From Clostridia bacterium (lineage in GTDB: Bacteria; Bacillota; Clostridia; UMGS1883), in the NCBI GenBank assembly GCA_045615705.1, contig JAZLFH010000059.1, forward strand, positions 1,499 to 65,498: DNA of 64,000 nt, read 5' to 3'. Within the stretch, counting starts at the first letter, position 1, and each line of letters opens with the position of its first letter. This document shows positions 8,699-21,409 of the stretch, piece after piece. The position numbers and the translations under genes are program-made. The notes beneath the pieces were generated by a model, which did not search any database, was not told the DNA's origin, and was given only the letters and a program-made list of their open reading frames with translations.

Positions 8699-10530
8699 GT
8701 GTGAAAAAAGTCATATACTTTTTCTGCCGTGTCTTTTCCTATATCTTCTGCTTCTTTAAGTTCTTCAACTGTTGCATTTTTAATCTTTTCAATGCTCTTA
8801 AAGTGTTTAAGAAGTGCTTCTTTTCGTTTTTTCCCTATTCCTTCTATATCGTCAAGCACACTTTTCATACTCTTTTTTGCTCTCAGTTTCCTATGGTACT
8901 CTATTGCAAAGCGGTGTGCCTCATCTTGAATGTTTGTTATCAAATTAAAAACGCTTTTGACAGGGTTTATCGCAATTTCGCCATCTAAAGAAACCAACGC
9001 TCTCGTGCGGTGGCGGTCATCTTTTATCATTGAATACACGGGAATGTCTATATTTAATTCTTCAAGAACCTTTTTTGCGGCGTTTAACTGATTTAATCCT
9101 CCGTCAATAAGAAGTAGGTCCGGAAGGTTTAAAAAGTGTGAATCTTTCTTTCTCTCTTCGTGGGTAAAACGCCTGTATATAGTCTCCCTCATACACCCTA
9201 CATCGTCCGCTCCCACGGTTTCCATTTTAAAATGTCGGTACTCCTTTTTTGCACTTTTTCCGTTCTCAAAAACAACCATAGATGCAACATTTTCGCTTCC
9301 TGCGGTATTTGAAATGTCATAGGCTTCTATCCTGTCAGGTATAACTTCAAGTCCCAAAAGTGATGCAAGTTCTATAAGAGAGTTTTTTTCTAATTTTCTT
9401 TTTATCTGTTCCGTCTTTTTTTGCTCAATAAAGTTTTTCGCATTTATTTGAGCCATATTAACAAGTTCTTTTTTTACGCCTCTTTTAGGGACGCTGACGA
9501 TAACCTTATTTCCTCGTTCTCTTTCAAGGTATTCGCAAAGTGCTTCCATTCCCTCAATCTCATGCGACAAAAGTATATTTTTCGGAATAAATGAGCCGTT
9601 TGTATAATACTGAGTAACAAATTCTTCAAGCGACCGGGCTTCATCCAAAACATCATAGTTTGAAATGTCAAACGAATTTCTTCCAAGCATCTTCCCGCCT
9701 CGAATAAAAAACACCTCAACACACGAAAGCGAATCCACAGCACAAATCGAAAATACATCGGTATCATCGTCTTTTGCCGAGATTACCTTTTGACTTTCGT
9801 TCAAATGCTTAACCGACAGGTACTTGTCCCTTAAATCCGCTGCTGTTTCAAAATCTTCACGAGAAGATGCTTCAAGCATCTTTCTTTCAAGTTCTTTTGA
9901 AAGTGCTGCCCCATCACCGCTTAAAAACTTATCTATATCCAAAAACAGTTTTCTATACTCTTTAGGGTCAATTTTTCCCGTACACGGTGCTATACACTTT
10001 CCCATATAGTGATAAAGACACGGACGACTTTTTCCTATATCTCTCGGGAAAGTTTTGTTACAATGCTGAATTCTGAAAATGTTTTTCAAAAGCTCCATTG
10101 TGCCTTTTACCGAAAATCCGCTCGGATAAGGTCCGAAATACTTTGCTCCGTCCTTTTCAATCTTTCTCACATACTGCATTTTCGGATACTCTTCATTCAG
10201 CGTAAGTTTCACATACGGATAATTTTTATCGTCTTTGAGCATTATGTTGTACTTCGGGCGGTGCTTTTTTATTAAATTGCATTCCAAAACCAATGCTTCA
10301 AGTTCACTTTGACATATTATATACTCAAATGAATCTATACAGGATACCATTTTTAATGTCTTTAAATTGTGATTTTTAGGTGAGTGAAAATACTGCCTTA
10401 CACGGTTTTTCAGTGATTTTGCCTTGCCTACATAAATTATTACTCCATCCTTATCGTGCATTATATACACTCCGGGCTTGGACGGAAGTTTTTTAAGTTG
10501 TTCTTCAAAATTTTTCATATAATTCTCCAA
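8683..10530 (-). CDS. uvrC: excinuclease ABC subunit C
   Basis: A GIY-YIG N-terminus (PGVYIMHDKDGVIIYVGKAKSLKNRVRQYF), a UvrBC-interaction region, and a C-terminal RNaseH-like/HhH region (EGIGKKRKEALLKHF), in 615 aa. Confidence 0.9.
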   Translation of the reverse strand: MENYMKNFEEQLKKLPSKPGVYIMHDKDGVIIYVGKAKSLKNRVRQYFHSPKNHNLKTLKMVSCIDSFEYIICQSELEALVLECNLIKKHRPKYNIMLKDDKNYPYVKLTLNEEYPKMQYVRKIEKDGAKYFGPYPSGFSVKGTMELLKNIFRIQHCNKTFPRDIGKSRPCLYHYMGKCIAPCTGKIDPKEYRKLFLDIDKFLSGDGAALSKELERKMLEASSREDFETAADLRDKYLSVKHLNESQKVISAKDDDTDVFSICAVDSLSCVEVFFIRGGKMLGRNSFDISNYDVLDEARSLEEFVTQYYTNGSFIPKNILLSHEIEGMEALCEYLERERGNKVIVSVPKRGVKKELVNMAQINAKNFIEQKKTEQIKRKLEKNSLIELASLLGLEVIPDRIEAYDISNTAGSENVASMVVFENGKSAKKEYRHFKMETVGADDVGCMRETIYRRFTHEERKKDSHFLNLPDLLLIDGGLNQLNAAKKVLEELNIDIPVYSMIKDDRHRTRALVSLDGEIAINPVKSVFNLITNIQDEAHRFAIEYHRKLRAKKSMKSVLDDIEGIGKKRKEALLKHFKSIEKIKNATVEELKEAEDIGKDTAEKVYDFFHTKKGM

Positions 10531-10574
10531 TTAGTTTAAAGAAATGTGATATCTATATAAATGATAACAAAAAA

Positions 10575-10594
10575 AGGACTGTTTTAACAGTCCT
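10575..10594 (-). terminator. intrinsic terminator downstream of ptsH
   Basis: AGGACTGTTTTAACAGTCCT is flanked by an A-run on the plus strand, which reads as a T-run on the minus strand. Confidence 0.5.
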
Positions 10595-10608
10595 TATAAA
10601 GAATACAA

Positions 10609-10872
10609 TTACTCAGAAAAATCAGACTCTACAAGGTCTGTCAATTCATTAACTGCACTTTCCTCGTCCTCGCCTTCTGCGATAAGACTGATTGATGTCC
10701 CCCGTGTAACTCCGAGTGAAAGAACACCCAAAAGGCTTTTTGCGTTAACGCGTCTGCCGTCCTTTTCCACCCATATGTTGGATTTGAACTCATTGGCTTT
10801 CTGTATAAAAAATGTTGCGGGTCTTGAATGAAGACCTACTTGATTTAAAACGGCAATCTCTTTGGAAATCAT
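10609..10872 (-). CDS. ptsH: phosphocarrier protein HPr
   Basis: The 87-aa protein has the His15 motif GLHSRPA and the Ser46 region KSLLGVLSLG. Confidence 0.9.
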   Translation of the reverse strand: MISKEIAVLNQVGLHSRPATFFIQKANEFKSNIWVEKDGRRVNAKSLLGVLSLGVTRGTSISLIAEGEDEESAVNELTDLVESDFSE

Positions 10873-11037
10873 AACGCTTCCTCCACAAAATTATATTCTA
10901 ACAATTACTCTATATATAATAATACAAATATTTCTATTCGTCAACTATATATTTTATGAAAAACGCCTTGTAATGTTAATAAATTTTGTGCAAAATCACA
11001 ACAAATATTTATTTTTTCTTTCTTTTTTGCCATCTGA

Positions 11038-11565
11038 TTACATATTTCCAAAGAATATCCTTGTAAAAAAGCAAGACAAAACTATACAGGTAAAATCTGC
11101 GCAAAGTGCCGAAAAAAGTGTATATCGTGTGTTTTTTACATGAGTTGCCCCATAGTAAAGCCCCATAGTATAAAGGGTTGTTTCACTGCTCCCCATAATT
11201 ACTGATGCAATTTTACCGACAAGCCCGTCCGGTCCATGATTTTCAAAAATGCTTCGTGCTACCGCACTTGCCGCTCCGCCCGATACGGGTCGCATAATTG
11301 CTAACGGTATAATTTCCTTCGGGATATTTAAAATTCTTCCGACAGGTTCCAAAAAATTTGAAAACGCTTCAAGCACTCCCGATGCACGAAGCATTTCAAT
11401 AGACACGATAAGCCCTATTAACGAAGGAAATATTTCAATCATATTGTACAGTGCGTTTTTCCCGCCTTTTGTAAAAGTTTCAAACACCGAAACTTTTTTT
11501 ACGAGTGCCGTAATTACTATTGCAGCCAAAAAGACAGGTATCGCAAAGACCGAAAGGTTATTCAT
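11038..11565 (-). CDS. spmB: spore maturation protein B (nucleoside-transporter/FeoB gate-domain membrane protein)
   Basis: A 175-aa membrane protein that overlaps spmA; the family motif GLYYGATHVK is visible. Confidence 0.75.
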   Translation of the reverse strand: MNNLSVFAIPVFLAAIVITALVKKVSVFETFTKGGKNALYNMIEIFPSLIGLIVSIEMLRASGVLEAFSNFLEPVGRILNIPKEIIPLAIMRPVSGGAASAVARSIFENHGPDGLVGKIASVIMGSSETTLYTMGLYYGATHVKNTRYTLFSALCADFTCIVLSCFFTRIFFGNM

Positions 11566-12136
11566 TTCTTGCCCCCAACACTTTTGATAGTATTATTGCC
11601 ACAAGTATTGCACAAATGCTCGTAAGCCATACAACCGAAAGAATTTCCGTGGGATTTTTGCTGTTAAACTCCGAGCGAAGTGCAAAAACATTTGTCGGAA
11701 TGAGTTGTATTGATGCGGTGTTTATCACAACAAACATACACATATCCTTTGAGGCGGTTTTGCTTTGCTTGTTTTGTCTGTCCAGTTCTCTCATTGCCGA
11801 AATTCCGAGCGGCGTTGCAGCATTGCCCATTCCGAAAATATTGGCAGTGATATTTGCCACTATGTACTCCATCGCTTTTTTGTCTTTTTGTGCCTCTTTA
11901 AATAAAAGTTTTGTAACAGGAGAAATAATTCTGCCTACAAAGTCAATTATTCCCGAACTTTTTGCTATTTCCATAATCCCCGACCAAAAGCACATTACCC
12001 CCAATAGTACAAGAGATAACTCAACTCCGCTTTTTGCCCCGTTCATAACGGCATCACTGACTGCTTTTGCACCGCCTGTAACAAACGAATACAATACAGA
12101 CACAACAATAAATCCCGACCAAATATAATTTATCAT
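11558..12136 (-). CDS. spmA: spore maturation protein A
   Basis: A 192-aa membrane protein with a gate-domain (ELSLVLLGVMCFWSGIMEIA) and the typical spmA-spmB tandem. Confidence 0.75.
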   Translation of the reverse strand: MINYIWSGFIVVSVLYSFVTGGAKAVSDAVMNGAKSGVELSLVLLGVMCFWSGIMEIAKSSGIIDFVGRIISPVTKLLFKEAQKDKKAMEYIVANITANIFGMGNAATPLGISAMRELDRQNKQSKTASKDMCMFVVINTASIQLIPTNVFALRSEFNSKNPTEILSVVWLTSICAILVAIILSKVLGARNE

Positions 12137-12192
12137 TTTTGACCTCTTTTTGTTAAATATTTATATTTTTTGTCATTTTTTTCAAATTTTTG

Positions 12193-12221
12193 TTGACTTA
12201 ATAGGTGCATAATGGTAAAAT
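12193..12221 (+). promoter_or_regulatory. sigma-A promoter (TTGACT-17-TAAAAT) upstream of the abrB-like gene
   Basis: ttgacttaataggtgcataatggtaaaat, 27 nt upstream of the start. Confidence 0.4.
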
Positions 12222-12248
12222 CTTGTAAGGCAAAGGAGGGTAAGACTA

Positions 12249-12488
12249 ATGAAAGCAACGGGCATGGTTCGTAAAGTTGACGAACTGGGAAGAGTTGTTC
12301 TTCCGATTGAACTTCGCAGGACTCTTGATATTGATGTTAAAGATCCATTAGAAATCTATGTTGACGATGATTGTATTATACTTAAAAAGTATGAACCGGC
12401 ATGCATTTTCTGTGGTCGTGCAGATGATGTCCATATCTTTAAAGGCAAGAATATTTGTCGTTCTTGCATAAATGAACTGGGTAAGTAA
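12249..12488 (+). CDS. AbrB/SpoVT-family transition-state regulator with an N-terminal swapped-hairpin domain and a C-terminal CxxC...CxxC zinc-ribbon tail
   Basis: MKATGMVRKVDELGRVVLPIELRRTLDI..LEIYVDD..IILKKY is near-identical to the AbrB N-domain. The C-terminal 25 aa contain CIFCG...CRSC. Confidence 0.75.
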   Translation: MKATGMVRKVDELGRVVLPIELRRTLDIDVKDPLEIYVDDDCIILKKYEPACIFCGRADDVHIFKGKNICRSCINELGK

Positions 12489-12498
12489 TATAAAATAT

Positions 12499-12540
12499 GA
12501 TGTAATATGCTGTTTTTCTAGTTTATTACATCTTTTTTTT
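12499..12540 (+). terminator. intrinsic terminator
   Basis: GATGTAATATGCTGTTTTTCTAGTTTATTACATC followed by TTTTTTTT. Confidence 0.6.
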
Positions 12541-12595
12541 TAAGAAATTTATTGCAATGCATAAATTATTATTATATAATAATAACATTATTTTT

Positions 12596-16191
<3,596 letters not shown>

Positions 16192-16215
16192 GGTTGTAAC
16201 TTAAAAAAGAGTAAG

Positions 16216-16266
16216 AAGCCGAGAGATGTTTTCGTTTTTGAAAGTTTCTCTCGGCTTATGTTTACC
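16216..16266 (+). terminator. intrinsic terminator after gdhA
   Basis: AAGCCGAGAGA...TCTCTCGGCTT is a long inverted repeat. Confidence 0.5.
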
Positions 16267-16333
16267 TTTCGATAAAAAAGGCAAGGTTTTGTTTTACTTT
16301 TTGATATACTTTTTTCAGTTCCTTTTTATCAAG

Positions 16334-16362
16334 TTGACACAAGTAAACTTTTTTGGTATAAT
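16334..16362 (+). promoter_or_regulatory. consensus sigma-A promoter (TTGACA-17-TATAAT)
   Basis: ttgacacaagtaaacttttttggtataat is a perfect -35/-10 with a 17-nt spacer. Confidence 0.5.
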
Positions 16363-16467
16363 TTAAGCAACCTGACATAAAGAGCAATCTGATTGAAAGG
16401 GCATATTTTATTTAGTTTTACGATGAAATTGTGCCCTTCTGCACAATTTTTTTATATTAAGGAGAAA

Positions 16468-16722
16468 AAGTTTTATATGGAAACAAAAGTAGCGGTAATA
16501 AGTATCATTTTAAGTGAGAGCAGTTATGCCGACAAACTAAACAGTTTGCTTCACAGTTATCGAGATTACATAATAGGTCGAATGGGTCTTCCGTATTCAA
16601 AAAAAGATGTCAATATTATTTGCATTGCACTTGATGCTCCGCAGGATGTAATCTCTGCTTTGGCAGGAAAACTCGGAAACATTTCAAGTGCAACTGTTAA
16701 AACCTCAATTATTAATGCATAA
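16468..16722 (+). CDS. TM1266-type small regulator (putative iron-only hydrogenase system regulator family)
   Basis: The roughly 84-aa protein reads METKVAVISIILSESSYADKLNSLLHSYRDYIIGRMGLPYSKKDVNIICIALDAPQDVISALAGKLGNI. This matches the YxDYIIGRMG(I/L)PY...DAPQDVISAL(S/A)GKLG pattern of that family. Confidence 0.6.
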   Translation, partial: KFYMETKVAVISIILSESSYADKLNSLLHSYRDYIIGRMGLPYSKKDVNIICIALDAPQDVISALAGKLGNISSATVKTSIINA

Positions 16723-16903
16723 AAATTCTCGCAAAACAAGTTAATTCTTCTTTTGTGAGTTTTAAAAATTAAATTTCTGACGGGGAAGTTTTTCTGACTC
16801 GCAAGAAAGGAGGCATTTTTATGAAAGAAATGCTTATTTTTAAACCTACCGGTTAATTTCCCTTTTATGTACATATCATAATTAAGATAAGGTGGTTTAT
16901 AAA

Positions 16904-17446
16904 ATGAAAATCAAAACTTCAAAAATAGCCTTGGGCGGACTTTTGTACGCAATAATAATTATCATGCAACTTTTAAAAAACATATCTGCATTTATCTCAG
17001 GTCCTGTTATAAATGCGGCACTTGTAATTGCTGCTCTTGAACTTGGTTTAGTTTGCGGAATATCTTATTGTGTTTTAGTTCCGCTTACATCACTTTTGTT
17101 CGCTCCCGCATCACCAATGACTGCACTTACAAGCCTTACAAACGGTTTTACCCTTCCCGTAATCATTATCGGAAATATTATTTTTGTGCTTTCGGCATAC
17201 TTAGGGAAAAAACACGGATATAAGTTTTTTGTACCAAGTCTTCTCCTGGGTTCGGTTTTAAAGTGGCTCTTTATGTGGGGCTGTGCAGACCTTGTGATAA
17301 AACCTCTGTTTTCGGAAAACTTAGGGAAAATGGTAGCCGTAGTAAACAAGATTTTCTCTACATTACAACTTTATTCGGGACTTTTGAGCATTATCCTTAT
17401 CATACCGCTTGTAAAAATGCTTGATAAAATGAGTAAAAAAGAATAA
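16904..17446 (+). CDS. small polytopic membrane protein (ECF S-component-like, about 5 TM helices)
   Basis: MKIKTSKIALGGLLYAIIIIMQL... is a hydrophobic 180-aa protein with a GGTGG-type ribosome-binding site. No diagnostic motif was recognised. Confidence 0.45.
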   Translation: MKIKTSKIALGGLLYAIIIIMQLLKNISAFISGPVINAALVIAALELGLVCGISYCVLVPLTSLLFAPASPMTALTSLTNGFTLPVIIIGNIIFVLSAYLGKKHGYKFFVPSLLLGSVLKWLFMWGCADLVIKPLFSENLGKMVAVVNKIFSTLQLYSGLLSIILIIPLVKMLDKMSKKE

Positions 17447-17485
17447 CTTTTGTCCTTCAAAAAATACTTAAATTCACTATCAAAA

Positions 17486-17506
17486 AAGACTTCCTTTCGG
17501 AAGTCT
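17486..17506. terminator. bidirectional intrinsic terminator
   Basis: AAAAAAGACTTCC-TTTC-GGAAGTCTTTTTT has an A-run on the left and a T-run on the right. Confidence 0.6.
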
Positions 17507-17523
17507 TTTTTGATGCATATATA

Positions 17524-18522
17524 TTATTTCATTGCTTCTTCAACCGCAACTGCAACCGCAACCGTGGCACCTACCATTGGGTTGTTGCCCATACCGATAA
17601 GTCCCATCATTTCAACATGAGCCGGAACCGAAGATGAACCTGCAAACTGAGCATCGCTGTGCATTCTGCCCATTGTGTCTGTCATACCGTAAGAAGCCGG
17701 ACCTGCACCCATATTATCCGGGTGAAGTGTTCTTCCCGTACCGCCTCCGGATGCAACCGAGAAGTATTTCTTTCCTTGCTCTATGCACTCTTTTTTATAT
17801 GTGCCTGCAACAGGATGCTGGAAACGAGTCGGGTTTGTTGAATTACCCGTGATGGATACATCAACGCCTTCATGATGCATAATTGCTACACCTTCACGAA
17901 CATCGTCCGCACCAAAGCAACGAACCTTTGCTCTCTCGCCGTCAGAGTACGCTGTTTCACTTACTACTTCGAGTTTGCTTGTAAGGTAATCAAACTTTGT
18001 TTCAACAAATGTAAATCCGTTTATACGAGAAATAATCTGTGCCGCATCTTTTCCAAGACCGTTTAATATAACCTGCAAAGGCTGTTTTCTGACACGGTTT
18101 GCACTCTTTGCAATACCGATAGCACCTTCTGCTGCTGCAAATGACTCATGTCCTGCCAAAAATGCAAAGCACTTTGTTTCTTCACGCAAAAGCATTGCCG
18201 CAAGATTTCCGTGTCCCAGTCCAACCTTACGGTCATCTGCAACAGAACCGGGAATACAGAATGACTGCAAGCCTTCCCCGATTGCTTCCGCTGCATCTGC
18301 GGCGGTCTTTGTTCCCTTCTTTATTGCTATTGCCGCTCCTACTGTGTATGCCCAGCAAGCATTTTCAAAGCAAATAGGCTGAATGTCTTTTACCATCTTA
18401 TATACATCAATGCCCTTTTCATCGCAAACTTTCTTTGCATCTTCGCAAGATGCCATACCATACTTTTTAAGCACATCTTCTATTTGCTTTATTCTTCTTT
18501 CATAACTTTCAAATAATGCCAT
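17524..18522 (-). CDS. GGGtGRT-family protein (uncharacterised conserved family)
   Basis: The 332-aa protein contains the family-defining motif SGGGTGRT (..KYFSVASGGGTGRTLHPDNMGAGP..). Confidence 0.8.
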   Translation of the reverse strand: MALFESYERRIKQIEDVLKKYGMASCEDAKKVCDEKGIDVYKMVKDIQPICFENACWAYTVGAAIAIKKGTKTAADAAEAIGEGLQSFCIPGSVADDRKVGLGHGNLAAMLLREETKCFAFLAGHESFAAAEGAIGIAKSANRVRKQPLQVILNGLGKDAAQIISRINGFTFVETKFDYLTSKLEVVSETAYSDGERAKVRCFGADDVREGVAIMHHEGVDVSITGNSTNPTRFQHPVAGTYKKECIEQGKKYFSVASGGGTGRTLHPDNMGAGPASYGMTDTMGRMHSDAQFAGSSSVPAHVEMMGLIGMGNNPMVGATVAVAVAVEEAMK

Positions 18523-18534
18523 GATAAAACCTCC

Positions 18535-19227
18535 CTACTCGTTACGCGGATCAATAACTTTGACCGCATCGCTGAATCTGCCGTACTGTCCGCTTGCTTT
18601 TGAAAGAGCTTCGTTAGCGTCCATACCCTTCTTTATCATGTCCATCATCTTTCCGAGATGTACAAACTTGTAACCGATAATAAGGTCGTCCTTGTCAAGG
18701 GCAATTTCCGTGATATATCCTTCCGCAAGTTCAAGATATCTCGGTCCCTTTGCCTTTGTGCTGTAAAGAGTACCTATCTGACTTCTGAGCCCTTTTCCCA
18801 AATCTTCAAGTCCTGCTCCGATAGGAAGTCCGTTTTCGGAAAATGCCGTCTGCGTTCTGCCGTAAACAATCTGTAAGAAAAGTTCACGCATTGCCGTATT
18901 TATAGCATCGCAAACAAGGTCTGTGTTTAATGCTTCAAGAATAGTCTTTCCTGTAAGAATTTCTGCAGCCATTGCAGCAGAATGTGTCATTCCCGAACAA
19001 CCACAGGTTTCTATAAGTGCCTCTTCAATAATACCGTTTTTTACATTAAGTGTGAGTTTGCACATACCCTGTTGAGGTGCACACCAACCAACACCGTGAG
19101 TTAATCCGTTAATATCGGTTATCTCTTTTGCATTTGTCCATGTGCCTTCCTGCGGAATAGGTGCACAGTTGTGCTTTACACCCTTCTTGACAATGCACAT
19201 GTTTTCAACTTCATGTGAATAAATCAT
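18535..19227 (-). CDS. NifU/IscU-like Fe-S cluster scaffold-domain protein with a C-terminal extension
   Basis: GVGWCAPQQGMCKL and IETCGCSGMTHSAAMAAEIL align with the IscU Cys motifs (G.P.CGDVMKL / GCGSAIASSS). It has 230 aa and sits 12 nt upstream of the GGGtGRT gene, in operon-like arrangement. Confidence 0.65.
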   Translation of the reverse strand: MIYSHEVENMCIVKKGVKHNCAPIPQEGTWTNAKEITDINGLTHGVGWCAPQQGMCKLTLNVKNGIIEEALIETCGCSGMTHSAAMAAEILTGKTILEALNTDLVCDAINTAMRELFLQIVYGRTQTAFSENGLPIGAGLEDLGKGLRSQIGTLYSTKAKGPRYLELAEGYITEIALDKDDLIIGYKFVHLGKMMDMIKKGMDANEALSKASGQYGRFSDAVKVIDPRNE

Positions 19228-19393
19228 TTATTCTTCTCCTTTCAAAAACCATCTGTAATATATTATCACTACTTTTTATAAATTTCAACACTTTTTCTTC
19301 GGTATGTACTCATTTTATACAAAGACACAAAAAATTGAAAAATTTTTTCAAAAAACTATTGCATTTTCAAAAACAAAGTGTTATATTGTTGAT

Positions 19394-19416
19394 AGTCAAA
19401 GAAAGTCAAAGTCAAA
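19394..19416 (+). promoter_or_regulatory. CtsR operator (direct heptad repeats AGTCAAA-GAA-AGTCAAA-GTCAAA)
   Basis: agtcaaagaaagtcaaagtcaaa lies 27 nt upstream of the ctsR start and matches the GGTCAAA-NAN-GGTCAAA consensus. Confidence 0.75.
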
Positions 19417-19442
19417 TTATAGGCAAAAAAGAGGTAATTAAA

Positions 19443-19886
19443 ATGAGTATGTCTGATATTATCGAAAAAATGCTCTTGGAGATGTTTGATAACTCGGATG
19501 GAAGCATTGAAATACGCCGCAACACATTAGCCGAGCGTATGAACTGCGTACCATCACAAATAAACTATGTTATTCAAACTCGATTTACTCCCGAGCGTGG
19601 TTACACCATCGAAAGTCGGCGTGGTGGTGGCGGAAGCGTAAAAATCAAAAAGGTAAACATTGACCGTGCAAGTTACATTATGCACATTATTAACACAATA
19701 GGAAGCGAAATTGACTTTCAGACGGCACGAGTATTTATCAAAAACTTTTTGGGCTATTCACTCATAACGGAGCGAGAGGCAAGACTTATGGCATCGGCAC
19801 TTTCAGATAAGTCTATCGGTGTAAGACCTGATATTGACAAAATCAGAGCCGGCATCTTCAAAAATATGCTTATAACACTCGTGTGA
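19443..19886 (+). CDS. ctsR: class III stress-gene repressor CtsR
   Basis: MSMSDIIEKMLLEMF...ERGYTIESRRGGGGSVKI has the glycine-rich CtsR loop. It is the first gene of the ctsR-mcsA-mcsB-clpC operon. Confidence 0.85.
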   Translation: MSMSDIIEKMLLEMFDNSDGSIEIRRNTLAERMNCVPSQINYVIQTRFTPERGYTIESRRGGGGSVKIKKVNIDRASYIMHIINTIGSEIDFQTARVFIKNFLGYSLITEREARLMASALSDKSIGVRPDIDKIRAGIFKNMLITLV

Positions 19887-19913
19887 AGTAAATGTTTTTA
19901 AGGAGGAATTAAT

Positions 19914-20390
19914 ATGTTATGTGAAAAATGCGGAATGAATGAGGCAACCGTTAAAGTTACACAAATAATTAACGGGCATAAGACTTTAAAACATCTTTGT
20001 CATGATTGTGCCCAAGCAGATGATGTTTTTAAAGGAATTACGCTTGGTTTTGGGGGAATGTTCCCCGAATTTTCTTCGCTTCACGAATCGGTCGAAGAAA
20101 AGGAATGTCCGCTTTGCAAAATGAAGTTAAGCACATTTTTAAAGACTTCAAAACCCGGTTGCGGTGAGTGTTACAGTGCTTTCGAAAAGGAGATGGCTCC
20201 TCTTTTAAAGAAAATTCATGCTACTAATATCCACTCGGGCAAAGTTGCAAAAAGCGGTGATGAAAAAGTAATTGCAAAAAGAAAAATTGACCTTTTAAAA
20301 GCTAAACTCCAAGATGCCGTAAAAAAGGAACAATACGAAGAAGCCGCCAAACTTCGTGATGAAATTAAGGAAATGGAGGGAGAAGTATGA
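19914..20390 (+). CDS. mcsA: McsA (zinc-finger activator of McsB with a UVR motif)
   Basis: Cys pairs (CEKCG, CHDC, CPLC, CGEC) and a C-terminal UVR-like EQYEEAAKLRDEIKEMEG. Confidence 0.8.
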   Translation: MLCEKCGMNEATVKVTQIINGHKTLKHLCHDCAQADDVFKGITLGFGGMFPEFSSLHESVEEKECPLCKMKLSTFLKTSKPGCGECYSAFEKEMAPLLKKIHATNIHSGKVAKSGDEKVIAKRKIDLLKAKLQDAVKKEQYEEAAKLRDEIKEMEGEV

Positions 20391-21409
20391 CCTGGTATTC
20401 ACAAAAAGGTAACAGCAATGACATCTCACTTTCTACAAGAGTCAGACTTGCAAGAAATCTTAAAGGCTACCCCTTCCCCGTTAAACTTGACCGAAAAAGC
20501 GGAGAAGAAATAATAGAAAAAGTGTGGGCTGCATTTGAAAACTTTCCCGAAAAAGACAGCCTTCGTCTTATAAAAATGGGCGACATCTCCCCTACTGAGA
20601 GAATTGCACTTGCCGAAAGGCACTTAATCAGTATGGAAATGGCAAAAAGCGATTTTCCTTCTGCCGTTATTTTAGACTCAGACGAGGATATCTCCGTAAT
20701 GATAAACGAAGAAGACCATTTGAGAATTCAGGCATTTGCTCCGGGGTTTGATATTGATAAAGCGTACAACATTGCAAATAAACTTGATATATTTCTTTCT
20801 GAAAATCTTGAGTTTTCTTTTCATGAACGGTTTGGATTTTTGACAGCTTGTCCCACAAATGTCGGGACGGGGCTGAGAGCATCTGTTATGCTTCATCTCC
20901 CTGCCCTCACGGCTACAAAAAATTTAAACAATATTCTTTCGTGGTCGGGAAAACTCGGGCTTACCCTGAGAGGGCTTTTCGGAGAAGGTACGCAAGGTGC
21001 CGGAAGAATATATCAATTATCAAATCAAATAACCCTCGGGCCTTCCGAGGAGGACATCTTGACAAGGCTAAAAAGTGCTGCTTCGGAATTAATGAATCAA
21101 GAAAGACTGCTTCAAGCAAAAATGTTTGAAGCAAAAAGAGTTCAAATTACAGATTCATGTATGCGTGCTTACGGAATACTCTCAAACGCCTACACTCTTT
21201 CCAGCAATGAAATGATGACTCTTATTTCCGATGTTCATTTGGGAATAAATTTAGGTATTATAAAAAATGTAACTCAGGAGTCTTTGACAAGTTCAATCTT
21301 TTTAACGATGCCCGCTAACATTGCCGTCAAAACAGGGAATGTTAACTCACCCATTATGCGTGATATAAAAAGGGCAGAATTTATTAAAAACACAATCACA
21401 AAGGAGTGA
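20387..21409 (+). CDS. mcsB: protein-arginine kinase McsB
   Basis: ATP:guanido phosphotransferase fold ([18 protein letters not shown]); it overlaps mcsA and clpC. Confidence 0.85.
   Translation: MTWYSQKGNSNDISLSTRVRLARNLKGYPFPVKLDRKSGEEIIEKVWAAFENFPEKDSLRLIKMGDISPTERIALAERHLISMEMAKSDFPSAVILDSDEDISVMINEEDHLRIQAFAPGFDIDKAYNIANKLDIFLSENLEFSFHERFGFLTACPTNVGTGLRASVMLHLPALTATKNLNNILSWSGKLGLTLRGLFGEGTQGAGRIYQLSNQITLGPSEEDILTRLKSAASELMNQERLLQAKMFEAKRVQITDSCMRAYGILSNAYTLSSNEMMTLISDVHLGINLGIIKNVTQESLTSSIFLTMPANIAVKTGNVNSPIMRDIKRAEFIKNTITKE

Noticed and set aside
16723-16903. Possible TPP riboswitch upstream of the membrane-protein gene
   Set aside because: Only a loose resemblance (GGGG...CTGAC...AACCTACCGGTTAAT...CCC). 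The invariant CUGAGA core and the P3 elements are missing. It is kept as a low-interest finding and not called as a feature.
17634-18377. Small plus-strand ORFs (72, 60, 64, 78 aa) inside the GGGtGRT gene
   Set aside because: They lie antisense to a conserved CDS and show no translation signals.
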